Source: Malacoraja senta
Lineage: Eukaryota
DNA length: 64,000 bases
Direction of reading: 5' to 3'
NCBI GenBank assembly: GCA_038087875.1
Contig: JAXLNO010000972.1
Span: 1-64,000, forward strand
Part shown: positions 33,851 through 47,790 of the stretch, one piece after another
Layout of the letters: each line of letters begins with the position of its first letter
Numbering within the stretch: position 1 is the first letter of the stretch
Position numbers and translations under genes: made by a program
The notes under the pieces: model-generated
Database searches by the model: none
What the model saw: the letters and a program-made list of their open reading frames with translations, nothing else
What the model was told of the DNA's origin: nothing

Positions 33851-35573
33851 ACAAACCTTTGCACTGTATCTTGAAACATCTGACATTAATAAAACTAAAC
33901 CTAATGAAGTAAGTTCCCTGACGCAAGTTACAGATTCAGCAATGAAAAATATAGCTGCCCGACAAACAGCGATCGTAGTAGTTTGATTCCAGGTATGCTG
34001 CACTAACCTACACAAATGTTCACTTTTGAAGATTCCCTCGAACAATGCACAAATAAGGAATCTGATGTTTCACTCTGAAGACTGTTGACATACTCCAGAA
34101 CTTAATTTTCAACCTATCTATGTATCATCAGAAATCTAGGCTGCAGCGCCACCAGTCCCTTCATCTGCTCTTAATACCAACGATAAGTAGTTCACTTTCT
34201 TGCATTGATTCCCATCCTGCAGTTGCAGTTTCCCAACCTAAACACTCCTTTAAGACTCTGCTTGCTCTTAATTGTTTTTCCATTCATGCTAATTATTACC
34301 CCCAATGTCATAAGCCATTTGCCTTTGCATCACTTGATCAGATATCTTATGAAAATCCAGATATTCTGGCGGCATCTGGTGGTCAGGCCACTTATTGCTA
34401 GAACCCTCGTCAGGGGAGCTGGGACTATCATGTGACAGGGTTTTGGTGGGAGTTGGTGATGAATTAATCGCCAGTCAACCGGTGTGCCCGATAACAACGG
34501 CAGGAACTTTGCTCAAGTCCTTCCTAAACGTGAGTGTGCCAAAACTGTATTTCTTAAAAAAACATTGATTTATTCACGACGCTTGGATCTCTACAATATA
34601 TTGTATTTCTTTTGTTTCTCATTCCAATTTTGTTACCTATTCTGCTTTTCCATCATTTTGTTTTTGAATTTTAGGCTGTGCACACCTGCAAACTACTGCT
34701 GCTCAAATATACATTGTCTACGGGTTCCTGTTGCATTTTCAAAGAATTCTAATCAATTTCTCAAACAAAGTTTGAAGAAAGGTCCGTAAACGAAATGTCA
34801 CCTGTCCATGTGTAGGGAGAAACTGCAAATGCTGGTTTACACTGAAGATGGACACAAATTGCTGGAATAACTCAGCTGGTCAGGCGGCATTTCTGGAGAA
34901 AAAGAATAGGTGATGTTTTGGGTCACGATCCTTCTGACTGAGTCCATGTTCGCCAGAGATGCTGCCTATTCCGCTGAGTTACTCCAGCATTTTGTGTCTA
35001 TCATGTATATTCTTTCCACTGACTGGTTAGCATGAAACAAAAGCTTTTCACTGTACCTCAGTACTCGTGACAATAAACTAAACTAAAGCTTTTGTGTAAA
35101 TCAGTATCTGTATCTCTTTCTTTCTACAATTTTCCTGTTAATGCACTTTATTGTTTTGTTATTACTCAAATGTTCTGCCATTACTGAAAGGAATCCAGCA
35201 TTTTCCCCAAAACAGATGTTAGATTATATAGCGTTAAAGCTTTTTGCTTTCAATTCACCTTCTTTCATGAATTAAGTTGTGGCTGTGATGGTACCATAGA
35301 TCATAGAGTTGTACAGAACAGATATTGCCCCTTTGCCATGTTGCAGAACTCCATGATTCAAAACAACATATTTATATATGTTGAAAAGCGCCAAAGATAG
35401 ACACAAAATGCTGGAGTAACTCAGTGGTCAGGTAGCATCTCTGGAGAAAAGGAACAGGTGACATTTCGGGTCGAGACCCTTCTTCACCCTGAAGTCTTCA
35501 GACAGTGCCCATCTATTTAGCTGCACAGCTTAGCAATTGATTTGTAAAATTATGCATTCTTATTTTTCACAAG

Positions 35574-35678
35574 GAAATAGGAAGAAAGACAGGCACATAG
35601 GCCTTATTGCCGTGTGTGTGCTGATATTGCTGGCTATTGTCTTGGCAGTAATTGTTTGATGGAGAAAAAAGAGGAGAG
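35574..35678 (+). CDS. Connecting-peptide/transmembrane exon of the MHC class I-like gene, with in-frame TGA at 35657-35659
   Basis: ttttcacaag acceptor, gtaaga donor, phase 1/1, in frame with the alpha3 exon. Translates to GNRKKDRHIGLIAVCVLILLAIVLAVIV*WRKKRR. No class II-type Gly motif. Confidence 0.78.
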
Positions 35679-36039
35679 GTAAGATGGAAAAATTGTGATG
35701 AACTGTTGCTAGTAAAGGTATTGGGCTTGAAGAAATGATCGATCTCAAGTAGGATAAGGCAGCAGCTACACCTGAAATGCCTCGACAGTCACCACTGTCA
35801 ACTAGCCTTTGTGCTGTTGTTAAATGCTTCTGATAATCAGATATTTAAAAATTGTGAATTCAGTGTAAAAAAAGTTATATATTATGGATTCACTGCCCCA
35901 AATCCTAGAAATATCAATGAGTCATTAAAAAGTACAGCATGCAAGCAGTCCTTTCGGCCCACCATGTCCATTCCAACCACCAACCACCTGTTCTCATGAA
36001 TTCTATCTCATTGCACCTTCTCATCCAGTCACCCACCCA

Positions 36040-38220
36040 CTAGGGGCAATTTACAGTGGCCAATTAAACTATAAACTGACACATCTTAGGATGTGTGAGG
36101 AAACCGGAGCCCCTGGAGGGATCCAATGCGGTTTCACGGAGAACGTGCAAACTCCACATAGATGGCACTCAAGGTCAAAATTGAACCCGGGTCTGTGTCG
36201 CTGTGAGGCAGCAGCTCTACAAGTTGTGACACTGTGCTGCTCTGTTGGGGGCTCGCACTGTTCATGATCCAAGTCAGCTATGAGGCAGATTGGTTGCAGT
36301 TTAACATTTACTAGTTTTGTTTAGTTTAATTTAGAGATACAGTGACGAAATAGGTCCTTAGGCCCACCGAGTCTGCGCTGACCAGCGATCCCCGCACATT
36401 AACACTATCCTATACACGCACACCAAGCCAATTAACCTACATACCTGTACGTCTTTGGAGTGTGGGAGGAAACCTTAGATCTTGGAGAAAACACACGCGG
36501 TCACGGGGAGAACGTACAAACTCTGTATAGACAGCATCAGTAGTCGGGATCGAACCCGGGTCTCTGGTGCTGCAAGCACTGTAAGGCAGCAACTCTACCG
36601 CTGCACACAGTAGCTGCCACCAAGGCCGCTGTTGCTGGAAAACTCCAAATTAAGTGGGAATGTGAGTAGTGGGAGAAATGGTTCAAGGTGGAAAGGCGAA
36701 TGAATGAGCAACAACATGACAGGTGGACTACAATGTGAAACAGGACAGCACAGAGCCAGAGACCTGAATTAAATACCGACATTGGCTGTTGTATCTGTAG
36801 AGTTTGCATGTTGTTCCTGTGACCATGTGGGTTTCCCCAGGTGCTCTGGTTTCCTCCCACATCCCCAAAACATTGTTTGGTAGGTTAGTTGTCCCCTAGA
36901 TTGTGCATGATACAATGTGGGGAGAGCTGATATGAATGTGGGACAAATATAGGATTAGTGTACATGAATGATTGGTGCAGGTCAGTGGAACAAAGGCCAT
37001 GTTTGTATGCTGCATATTTCCATGACTCTTTATGATGTAGAAAGATGTTGAATATTTTTGATTTATAAGATTGGGAGAGACTGTGAGGGACAGTGCTATA
37101 GTAACTCAGCAGGTCAGGCAACATCCCTGGAGACCATGGATAGGTGACAATCTGGTTCGAGACTCTTCAGGCAAATTACAATGGGTATTCCTCTGCTTAA
37201 GTCTTTTTTTTTATTTATTTTTTTAATTTTTTATTTATTAGAAGTACATTACATTACAACTACATACATTAGTACTTGTCACTTATATCTTCTTACAATT
37301 AATGTACTCCGTTTGTTTTTTACACTAGTAAAAGGAAAGGATAAGATTGAAAGAAGGAAGAAAGTGAAGGAAAAAGTGAAAGTGTAGGAAATGTGACAAC
37401 AAGACAAAACAAAGACCCTATAAGAACAAAATTAAAAAGAATAGAAAAAGAGTTAAGAAATAGACCCTAGAAAAGAAGGAGAAAGAGAAAGAGGAGAAAG
37501 AGAAAAACAAATAGTTTTTATGAGCATTACGCAAATGGGACATACCAACTTTCCAGCTATCATCACCCTTTACCTGACCTCAGTTTTTTTTTTTTACGCT
37601 TAAGTCTGATAGTAGTGTACAGATGCACCTCAACCACTGACTTGCTCAACAAGTGCTTAAATTAGTTGAATTAAAGTATGTTTGGAGTAACATGCAGCAG
37701 TCCTTAAAATCTACCATTTCCCAAACCCCAAGAGAGCTGGATGATCAGGGTTTTAGTGTAAATTCAGTCATCTATATCACTGGTTGCTTGCCTGTGATCA
37801 CACTGTTGTAAGAGATATTCTGGTGATGAATTGCAGTTCACTTTCCTCCTGTGTAAAGGAGTTATTGTGTTGAATATAACAAGTGGAAGGGAAAGTCAGT
37901 GTAGGATTTAGAGTTTGTACATAATGCAGCATGGCAGTGCAGCTGGTAGAACTGCTGCCTCACAACGCCAGAGACCCAGGTTCAATCTGGACCTCGGGTA
38001 CTGTCTACGTGGAGTTTGCACATTCTCTTGTGACTATGTGGGCTTTCTCAGGGAGCTCCGGTTTCCTCCCATATCCCAAAGATGAGCAGGTGTGCAGGTA
38101 ATCATCCTTGGTAAGACACCCTGATAGTGTAGGGGTGGATGGGAAATCTATTATGAATGGGTGATTGCTGGTTAGTATGGATTTGGTGGCACAAATGACC
38201 TGTTTACACACTGTATCACT
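36040..38220. mobile_element. Cluster of four HE1/SacSINE-like SINEs (36040-36242 -, 36320-36610 -, 36735-37030 +, 37925-38220 +)
   Basis: Repeated core ggagtttgcacgttctc...ctccggtttcctccc. Confidence 0.8.
37204..37597 (-). mobile_element. L1 family A, 3' UTR-only insertion
   Basis: Matches 18135-18510. Has a T tail and TSD GCTTAAGTC (37195-37203, 37598-37606). Confidence 0.92.
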
Positions 38221-38929
38221 GTTTTCAAGAGAGAGTTAGATTTAGCTCTTAGGGCTAAGGGAGTCAAGGGATATGGGGAAAAAGCCAGATCGGAGTATTA
38301 ATTTTGGATGATCAGCCATGTATGGCTCAAAGGGCCGAATAGCCTATTCCTGCACCTATTTTTTTTAATGTTTCTATCTTTCTATTAAATAAACTAAATT
38401 GGAAGAGAGAAGGTATTAACTGATGCATCTTCACGCCAGCTGTAAATGTCATAAACTGTGAGAATTGATTGCAAATGTTATACAATATTATAAACTAAAC
38501 TGGGTGATCAAAATGACAAGATGGATGAAGAGCAGAGTTTTCATTGAAATAACAGACGTGCTGCTTTCTCGAGCACTTGGCCTTGGTTGTGTAATATTTC
38601 CTCTTCAAAATACAATGTTCCCTGGCATTGCTGGTCTGAGACACCATTCAGCAAGTATATTTCCTGAAATTGAGATTCTGCTTTCATGGTATCAAGATGT
38701 CTAACAGCTCCAGCACCCAGATCAGAACCTTGCCAAAACTAAGAATGCAGCAACAATTTAGTCATTGAACATCAACGACATGCATATTTGAACTGAGGCA
38801 ATGGTTAGCTTATTATCACTGTAAACCAGTCATGGTCATGGGTCTGCCATTGTGGTCACTATTAGTGAGGGTGATTAACTATCATTTAGCAGTGAAACGG
38901 AAAAGAATTGGCTTTTCAAGCCCACGGAG

Positions 38930-39465
38930 CCATAGAGTCATACGGCATGGAAATGGGCCCTTTGCCTCAACTTGGCCATGCCAACCAAGATGCCATGTTT
39001 AAACTACAATTTTCCTGCAATTGACCCATATCTCACTGAACCTTTCCTATCTACAGTATGTACCTGTCCAAGTGTGTTCTAAATGTGTTTTAGTACCTGC
39101 CTCAACTCCTTCCCCTGGAATGTTCTTCCATATTTCCACTTCCTCTGGTTCCGAGTAACTCGTTTCCTTCTCACCTTAAACCTAAGTCCTCTGGTTCTTG
39201 ATTACATAAGGCTGGTTAAAAGATTCTGTGCATTCAATCTATCTATGCTCCTTGATTTTATAAACTTCTATAAGATCACCCCTCAGCCTCTTGCATGCCA
39301 AGGACTAAAGTCCAAGCATTGTCATCCTCCCCCTGAATCACAGGCCCTGTTAATGACATCCTTCCGATAGTGGAGTGACCAAAACTTAACACAATACTCC
39401 AAATGTGGCCTCACCAACACCTTGTACAACTGTAGCAGAACATCACAACTTTTTTATTCAGTACC
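38930..39465 (-). mobile_element. CR1 3' fragment
   Basis: CR1 3' region motifs (gtggcctcaccaac...ttgtacaactg; tcaccttaaacct). Confidence 0.75.
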
Positions 39466-42400
39466 TTTCTTTTAAAATCTTTTTATTGTTTTTTTTCCAA
39501 AAAACAAAAACAAAAATAAAACATAAAAAACAGAGCAAAAAGAATAATGATAAATATAACAATGGTATTGATACATAGGGATCCGGATTAAACACATTAA
39601 TAACAGGTATAACCTAATATGAGACCAGTGTCAAAATACACAATGAATATAGACCTCTCGGTCTCTATGTAAATATAGTTAAATCTTTAAAAGGAAACAT
39701 AAATGTAAAAAAAAGCAAAGATAAAAAGACAAAAACAAAAACAAAAAACAAAACCCCCCTAAACTAAAAAAAAGTTTTTAAAAATTTGATAATAATAAAA
39801 TAAGAATAAAAATAAAATAAATAAATAAAACAAAACAGAGCAAAACCGAATCTGAACTGAGAAATTCAACAATTTAAGTCTGTTTGTCGTCAAGTCCGTT
39901 CCACCCTATGAAAGTAAAATAATTTTTATAACGGTTAAAGAGGGATCAATTTATGTTGTATGAAAGTGTTCAATAAATATTCCCCAAGTCTTATCAAATT
40001 TAACCAAGGGTTCAACAATGTCACTTCTAATTTTTTCTAAATTTAAACATGATATCGTCTCAGAATACCACTGGAGTGTGGTCGGAGGGTTGGAATCTTT
40101 CCATTTAAAGAAAATAAATCTTCTGGCAATTAATGTGGTAAAAGCAATCAACCGATGGGCGGAGTGGGACAAATGAATAGAATCTAACATTGGTAACCCA
40201 AAAATTGCAGTAATAGGATGAGGTTGTAAATCTATACCTAAGACTACCGAAATAGTATCAACAATTTATTTCCAATATTTTTCCAAAAGGGGGCAGGACC
40301 AAAACATATGGGTCAGTGATGACACTTCAGAGTTACATCTGTCACAGGTAGGATTTATATGACCATAAAAACGAGCTAACTTATCTTTTGACATATGAGC
40401 TCTGTGGACCACCTTGAATTGTATCAAAGTGTGTCTTGCACACATTGAAGAGGTATTAACTAATTGAAGGATCCTCTCCCATTTCTCTATAGATAAAGAA
40501 ATTTGGAGTTCTCTTTCCCAGTCATTCTTAATTTAATCAAATGTATCTATTTGTAATTTTAAAATCAACTCATGAATAGTCGTTATTAATCCTTTCTGAT
40601 AAGGGTTCAACTGTAAAAAAAAATCCAAAATTTCGGGTTGATGTGGTAGCGGAAAAAGAGGTAGTTCCTTTTGTCTAATTTGTAAATATCTAAAAAAGTG
40701 TGAATTAGGTAAGTTATATTTATTGGAGAGTTGTTCGAAAGACATAAAACAACCCTCCAAAAACAAATCACGAAAAGCTACTAATCCCTTCCTCTTCCAT
40801 AACAAAAAACTTGATCAGTACTAGATGGTTGGAAGAGAAATTTGGATAACATCAGATAGTCCAAAAACTTATGAAATTGAAACCGTATTCGGAACGTATG
40901 TCTTATTATTGGGTTCATCATATACTTATTCAATCTCGTAATTGTAAAAGGTAACGAGGTCCCTAGAATATAAGCCAATTATAGCCCTTGTAAGGAATCA
41001 CGTAAGGTTTATCCATCCAGGGCATTGGGTATCTTCTAAATCTTTTGTCCAAAATGTTAAATAACGAACATTGACTGCCCCATAGTACAGTCTACGGTTC
41101 GGCAATGCCAAACCACCAACTTTTTTTGATTTCTGTAGGTATTTTTTACCTAGTCTGGCATTTTTATTCTGCCATATATATGAAGATATTTTAGATCTAT
41201 AATATCAAAGAAAGATTTGGCAATAAAAATTGGTATCGTCTGAAATAAATACAGAAATTTAGGTAAAATGAACATTTTAATAGTATTGATTCGGCCAATT
41301 AAGGATAAGGACATTGGTGACCATTTAGTGAACTGATGTTTAATATGGTCAATTAAAGGAATAAAATTAGCTTTAAATAAATCCTTGTGTTTCTTGGTGA
41401 TCTTAATACCTAAATAAGTAAAACTTTCGGTAGTCAATCTAAATGGAAACTGTCCATAACTCGAAACAAAATTATATAATGGGAAAGCTCACTCTTACTA
41501 AGATTTAGTTTATAACCAGAAAAACTACTGAATTGATTAAGTAATGCTACTATTGCCGGAATAGATTTCTCAGGGTTAGAAATAAATAATAACAGATCAT
41601 CTGCATAAAGAGATAGCTTATGTGTCTTATTCCCGCGGACAATACCAAAAATATTAGGGGATTCCCTAATAGCAGTGGCTAAAGTTTCCAAAGCAATATC
41701 AAATAGTAAAGGACTTAAGGGACAGCCCTGTCTAGTACCTTGAAAGAGCCTGAAAAAGGGGGATCTCTGATTATCAGTAAATACAGAAGCCTGAGGTATA
41801 AGATATAGCAGTTTGATCCAAGAGATAAATTTTGGACCAATCTTAACTTTTTCAAGTATATTGAATAAGTATTCCATTCTACTCTATCAATAGCCTTCTC
41901 GGCATCAAGTAAGATGACACTTTCTGGGGTTTTATTAGACGCTGTATATACAATATTTATTAATCTCCTATCATTAAAGAATGAGTAACGATTTTTAATA
42001 AAACCTGTCTGATCTTCAGAGATAATTTGCAGTAAAATCTTTTCCAATCTCATAGGTAATATTTTGGAAAGAATTTTAAAATCTACTTTTAACATTGATA
42101 TAGGTCTATATGATGTCACTTCAGTAGCGTCTTTATCTTTTTTTTAAATTAAAGAAATAGAAGCTTCATAAAAGGATTGTGGTAATCTATTCCTTAAAAA
42201 GGCTTCTTTAAATACCTTGCATAGCCATGGAGACAATAAATTTGAGAAATGCTTTAAAAATTCTACTGTAAACCCATCTAAACCGGGAGCTTTACCAGAA
42301 TTCATTGAAAAAATTGCTTTCTGTATTTCTTCTTCCGTGATGGGTTCATCTAACAACAGAGACTCATTGTTTAGTAAATTTGGTAAGTTCAGTTTCTTTA

Positions 42401-42702
42401 AAAACTCATGCATTATATTGGAATCAGTAGGAAAATCTGATTGGTATAGGGAGGTATAAAATTCCTGAAAGGATTTATTAAGTTCGTCATGGTCTACAGT
42501 TACTGTACCATCCCGTTTACACACTTTTGTAATCTGACGCTTGGCCAACACTGCTTCAATTGATTAGCAAGTAATTTACCAGATTTTTCGCCATTTATAT
42601 AAAATTGACTTTTGGTTTTAAGTAACTGGTTCTCAATCGGTGATACTAATAACAAATCATATCTCAATTGAAGTTCAACTCTATTCTTATAGAGCTCTAA
42701 AC

Positions 42703-43546
42703 AAGATGGCGGATGTGCAGGAGTGGGCGCCGGTTGTGCGGGCTGCCTGCCTGCAGTCCGTCTTCTAACCCTTTTTATTGTCTATAATTTTTATTTGGAG
42801 GTCTATTCTTTCTATGTGGGGAGTGGGGAAACTGTTTTAACCCCAGTCCTACCTGGTCGGAGATGCGGTTTTCCTCCGAATCGCATCTTCGCTCTCCCAA
42901 TGCGGCCTTCCATCGGGCTGGAGCGGCGTTCCTGCCGGGACCACAGCTTCGGCGGCACAGCGCTGGGACACCAACACGGAGCGGGCGATGCCTTGCCGGG
43001 TCGCCGCTCCGGAGTGCTGTGACCGCCGACCACCAACATCAAGCAGCTGCGGTCTGCGGTCTGAAGGCGTCCTGCCGCGGGCGGGCGGCGCTGGGTCGAA
43101 AACACCGCGGAGTCAGAGTCGAAGCTCCAACTGGCGCGGCCTGAGGACTACGGGCGTCGCAGTCTCCGGGGAGGGAGCGGCCCCTCCAGACACTTCCAAG
43201 CCGTTGAGGACTTTCCACCCGATGCCGGTGTTCCAGCTTCCCGGCGGGTGGGGCCTACAACATCGGGCTGCCGTTGCGGCGACTGGCTGCGGAGCCCTCA
43301 GACTGGCCCCGATCACGGGTGGACTAGGAGGAGGACTGGACACTTTGGTGCCTTTCCCTCACGGTGGAGAGTGTCGACTCTGCTGTGGGGGGATGTTCAT
43401 GTTGAATCTCTAAGTGGTGTGTCGTGTCTTTTTTATTCTACCTTTTTATTTTTTATTTATATGGTTAATTGTCTGTAAAGCGCTTTGGTTTCAGTAATCT
43501 GATTGAAAGGCGCTATATAAATAAACTTACTTTACTTTACTTACTT
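42703..43546 (+). mobile_element. 844-bp non-autonomous retroposon with an L2-like 3' tail, inserted in L1 ORF2
   Basis: Removing it restores L1 KAPSLELYKN. TAAAC occurs at both junctions (42698-42702, 43547-43551). Ends gtaaagcgctttg...gcgctatataaataaa followed by a short ttac/tttac tail. Confidence 0.8.
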
Positions 43547-45086
43547 TAAACTAGGAGCTTTTGAATATTTTGTATCAATTTCTTTAATCTCGTCAGCCAA
43601 TGTGCGTATTTCTTTTTGTGTTTGTTTTTTTAATCCCGCGGAGTATGAAATAATTTGTCCACGAATATATGCCTTAAAAGCATCCCAAACTATACCATTG
43701 GATATCTCTTCATTAGAGTTTGTCAAGAAGTAAAAAGCAATCTGATCTTTCATAAACTTAATAAAGTTTAAGTCTTGAAGCAAAGTAGCATTAAATCGCC
43801 ATTGTTTTGCACTAAACTTGGAATCAGGTAGTTTGATCAATAGTTTCACTGGTGCATGATCAGAAATAGCAATTGTATCATACTCACATGCAATGACCGA
43901 TGGAACCAGCCGAGAATCTAGTATAAAATAGTCGATCCTAGAATAACTATGATATACATGAGAGAAAAATGAAAATTCTTTGTCATTTGCGTGTAAGAAT
44001 CTCCAAATTTCTAACATTCCCGAGTCAAGTAAAAAAGAATGAATAAAATTAGCTGATTTATTTGGAAGCACATGATCAGATGTAGACCTATCAATCGAGG
44101 GATTCAAACTGCAATTGAAGTCTCCACCCATTATTAAAAAGTGTTCATTTAAATTAGGGAAGGATGCAATTAACTGTTTAAAAAACTCAGGGTGATCAAT
44201 ATTTGGTGCATAGACATTCAACATATGACTTTTTGCCTATAAAGGACACTGGTAATCACCAAGAATCTGCCATATGGATCAGAAATTGTTTCATGGTGAA
44301 CAAACGGAATTGAGGAGTCAATAAAAATAGAGACTCACCTTAGCCTGTGAATTTGAATGAAACTGCTGTCCTCTCCAAAACTTGAAAAATCGTGACTTGT
44401 CATCTTGCCTTACATGAGTGTCCTGAACAAAGATAATCTGAGCATTTAGTCTGTGAAGAACTTTAAAAAAAAAATCCTCTTAATGGGATGGTTCAAGCCA
44501 TTCACATTCCATGAAAGGAAATGAGTAACTTTATCCATATTGCTTGTAAAAAATCATGTGGGATGTAATGGGTTAATTTCTTGAAGCCTAAAAGTTCATA
44601 ATACTGGAAGAAGAAAAATCTAGGGCGGAGCCAGAAGTGACGACATTTCAGCCAATTTTGTAGTTTAGAATTTGCACAAATGGAGATCACTAAATAGGGA
44701 ACAAAAGACCCCTCCCCCTTCCCCCCTCCCACCCCTGTAGAACCACAAACTGACCAAAAGACAGTCAACAAACTACCTAATCCCCTCCCCAATCCCATCT
44801 CTCCCAGTAACAGCGCTCAGCATAAAAAGAATAATATTTAACCACTACGTCATAACACATTCGTTATTATCTCTTTCAGAGAGAAGAAAAAATAATACAG
44901 ACTGGCATGGAATGCTGCTTATTATTATTCAAGGTCAAGATATGAAAAACAAGAACTGCGTTCTCTTAGTTTGCCAAACGAATTAACAAAGAAATTCTTA
45001 AAAGAATATATATAAAAGAAAAACAACTTGTCCAGTTAAATTCTTAATCATTATCAAACGAAATGTTGTCAAAATAGGAACAGTAA

Positions 45087-45690
45087 GGGCTCTGTCTTAC
45101 CTGTTTGCAGTCATCGGCGGTGAAGCGCGGCGTCGCCGGTAGCGGGGACCGCGCGGCAACGGCGAGAGCGGCGAGCCTATCCACCGGAGCGCCGCACGGA
45201 TGCTGCGCGGGGGCAGAGTAATTCAAACACGGCGGGTCCCACGTGCTTGCGGTAAGTAAAAAAAAGGGCGGGCCGACTGCGATGACGTCGGCCCGCCGCA
45301 CGTGACTCACTAGCGGCGGCTGTGGCGGCGGCCATCCTGATCGCGGCGCTGTAGCGGTGGCTGTGCCTGCGGCCGTGCAGCACACGTGCCTCACTGGCGG
45401 AGGCACGTGCCTCACTGGCGGAGGCTGTGGCAGTGGAGGTTTGACGCACGGCGCTCGAGCCACACTGGCGGCGGCCCGTGCGGGCGGCCGTGCCGCACTC
45501 GTGCATCACTGGTGGAGGTTGTGCGGTGAGTATATAGTTTTCAACATTGTCGATTTTATTTTAGCACCGTGCGGTGTTGGGAACACCGCCGCACGGCCCC
45601 GGAATTGTACGTTCTCACGAGTGCGCGGTCTATGGCGGCAGATTCTTCCCGTTTCGCCGCCAATGACCGCAGACTCGTGAGACAGGCCTT
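45087..45690. mobile_element. GC-rich PIF/Harbinger-type MITE in the L1 inter-ORF spacer
   Basis: TAA TSD (45084-45086, 45691-45693) and ~40-bp imperfect TIR: ctgtcttac-ctg-tttgcagtcatcggcggtgaagcg versus rc ctgtctcac-gag-tctgcggtcattggcggcgaaacg. Confidence 0.8.
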
Positions 45691-47284
45691 TAAATCTCCA
45701 ATTATAACTTAATCAGCTATCAATTACTCCCCTTCCTCGTCGTAGCTCTTCAGAAAGCTGGAGGTGTCTTGAGGACGGTTAAAAAATCGAAAGTTACCAT
45801 TGAAAAGCCGAATACGCAATCTAGCTGGTGATAATAAAGCTGGGCGCAGTTTTTCTTATACAAATCAGACATTACATTATAAAAAGTCGTTCTTATTTCC
45901 TAAAGCTCGTAACTATAATCAAGGACAAACCGAAACTTACATCCTTCATATTCAACCACACCAAACTTTTTTGCTGCCTGGATAATATTCTCCTTCATTT
46001 GAAAAAAATGAAACCGAATGATGAAGTGTCTCGGTCTATTACCGGATTTCTTCCCAATCCTGTGTGCCTTATCCATGAACGGAAGGTTTTCATTGTGCTC
46101 AATGTTGAATGTTTCCTTTATCATTTTAGAAGCATATTTTATAACGTTATCTCCTTCTTGGCCTTCCGGCAAACCAACAATTCGTCAATTCAAACCACGG
46201 CTTCTGTTTTCTAAGTCCATATTTTTAGACTTGCATTGCTGAAGTGCTCAAGTGTTTTCATTCATTCTCCGTTCCAATTTTTCAATCTTCAAATCTCTCT
46301 CCTGTCCCAGGGTGCGCAAGATATCAATTTGATCCTTTTGTTCACGAAGTTCATCTTGTAACAAAGACAGTTTTCCTTGGACTTCCTTCAATTTGGTCGA
46401 AACTCCTTTCACCATTTCTTCCAAACTGCCAAATCTTGTTTTCATTTCATTTTTCAGCTCATTTTTCAATTCATCGTTCATTTTCGATATTGCTTCTATG
46501 ATGCTGGAATCAGAAGCTGCAGCTGTGGTTATGGCTTTCCCCAGTTCCTTCTTTGGGGATCATCCTTTCCTTCTTGTCTCCATCCTTTTCACGATTAAGG
46601 CGTGTAAAAGTGTTATCAACACTTTATGAACAGTTAGACGGTGTCTTGAAGTCAAATAGTCACCAGTAACATTGAAAGAGTGGTCAGTGGAAGATAAAAG
46701 TTAAGGGAGCAAACGAGTTTGAAACCTTACAGCATGCTGCTGCTAGGAGAGTCTAGTTATTGACATGTTATTGATGTTCATGATTATTCTGTTCTTTGTG
46801 CCTGGCCATTTTGACTTTGTCACGTTTTACTTGGTTTATGATATTGTACAAGATTTGCAATCACACCTCCCAATTGACTAAAATTATCCCCTTAACTAAA
46901 TGCCTACTATGGCATTTAAATTATTGCATTATATTCAGTGCAGTGTAGAAGCTGCAGTTTTTTTTAAAAAGGGCAAGTTTTTATTACATACTATGTGGTG
47001 TGTGCCTGGAAAGCACTGCCAGGGATGGTGGCGTCTGGGGTGCACCTTCGTGGGTGCATGGAGATGCAGGGGTTTGAGGGACATGAATCATTTGCAGGCA
47101 GATGCTGCCTAACTGGTGTCTGTCCGACTGATCTGGATGGATCTGATGGTCAGGCAGGGAATATTTCCAGTGACCCAATGGTGCTGAGTTCGCTGAATTT
47201 TACGGTGAATGGGAATGCCCCTGTAATAGAGGAACAGGTCCTTTGTCCAACAACGTTTGTGCTGAACATGACGTAACCTGAGGC

Positions 47285-47790
47285 AGAGTGGCGCTGCTGA
47301 TAGAGCTGCTGCCTCAGTGCGTCATACACATCAGTTCAATCCTAACCTCGCTTGTCGGCTGTGTGAAGTTTGCATGTATTCCCTATGACCACATGGGTTT
47401 CCACTGTCCTCCAGTTTTCACACACATACTAAAGATGCCAGTTTTGTGGGTTAATTGGTCTCTGTAATTTGATCCTAGTGTGGAAGCGAAAGTTAGATAA
47501 CATAGAACTTGTGTGAACGAAACTATTTGAAGGAGTATTGAGTTTTTTGTTTAGTTTAGAGAGAGAGCATTGAAACAGACACTTCGGCCCCACTGAGTCC
47601 GCACCAACCAACGATCACCCACATAAGCTAGGAACATGTCAATTCACCTACAAACCTGCACATCTGTCTTTGGAATGTGGGAGGAAACTGGAGCACATGG
47701 AGAAAACCTATGCAGTCACAGGGAGAAGGTACAAATTCCGTACAGACATCACCCGTGGTCAGGATCAAACCCAGGTGTCTGGCGCTGTGC
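47285..47790. mobile_element. Two HE1/SacSINE-like SINEs in tail-to-tail orientation
   Basis: gtggcgctgctgatagagctgctgcctca head (+) at 47288 and a minus-strand core at 47560-47790. Confidence 0.7.

Larger units (their letters stand above)
39466..46752 (-). mobile_element. Near full-length degraded L1 (family B) with ORF1 and ORF2, carrying two nested insertions
   Basis: ORF1 runs ~46583 to ~45720 (coiled coil; DKAHRIG...RPRHFIIRF). ORF2 starts at 44538 (MDKVTHFLSWNVNGLNHPIKR) and includes NVYAPN, GDFN, SDHAP, LDAEKA and LYADD. No TSD found. Confidence 0.9.

Noticed and set aside
42723-45680. Ala/Arg/Gly-rich ORFs in the two GC-rich inserts
   Set aside because: Expected from high GC content, with no domain signatures.
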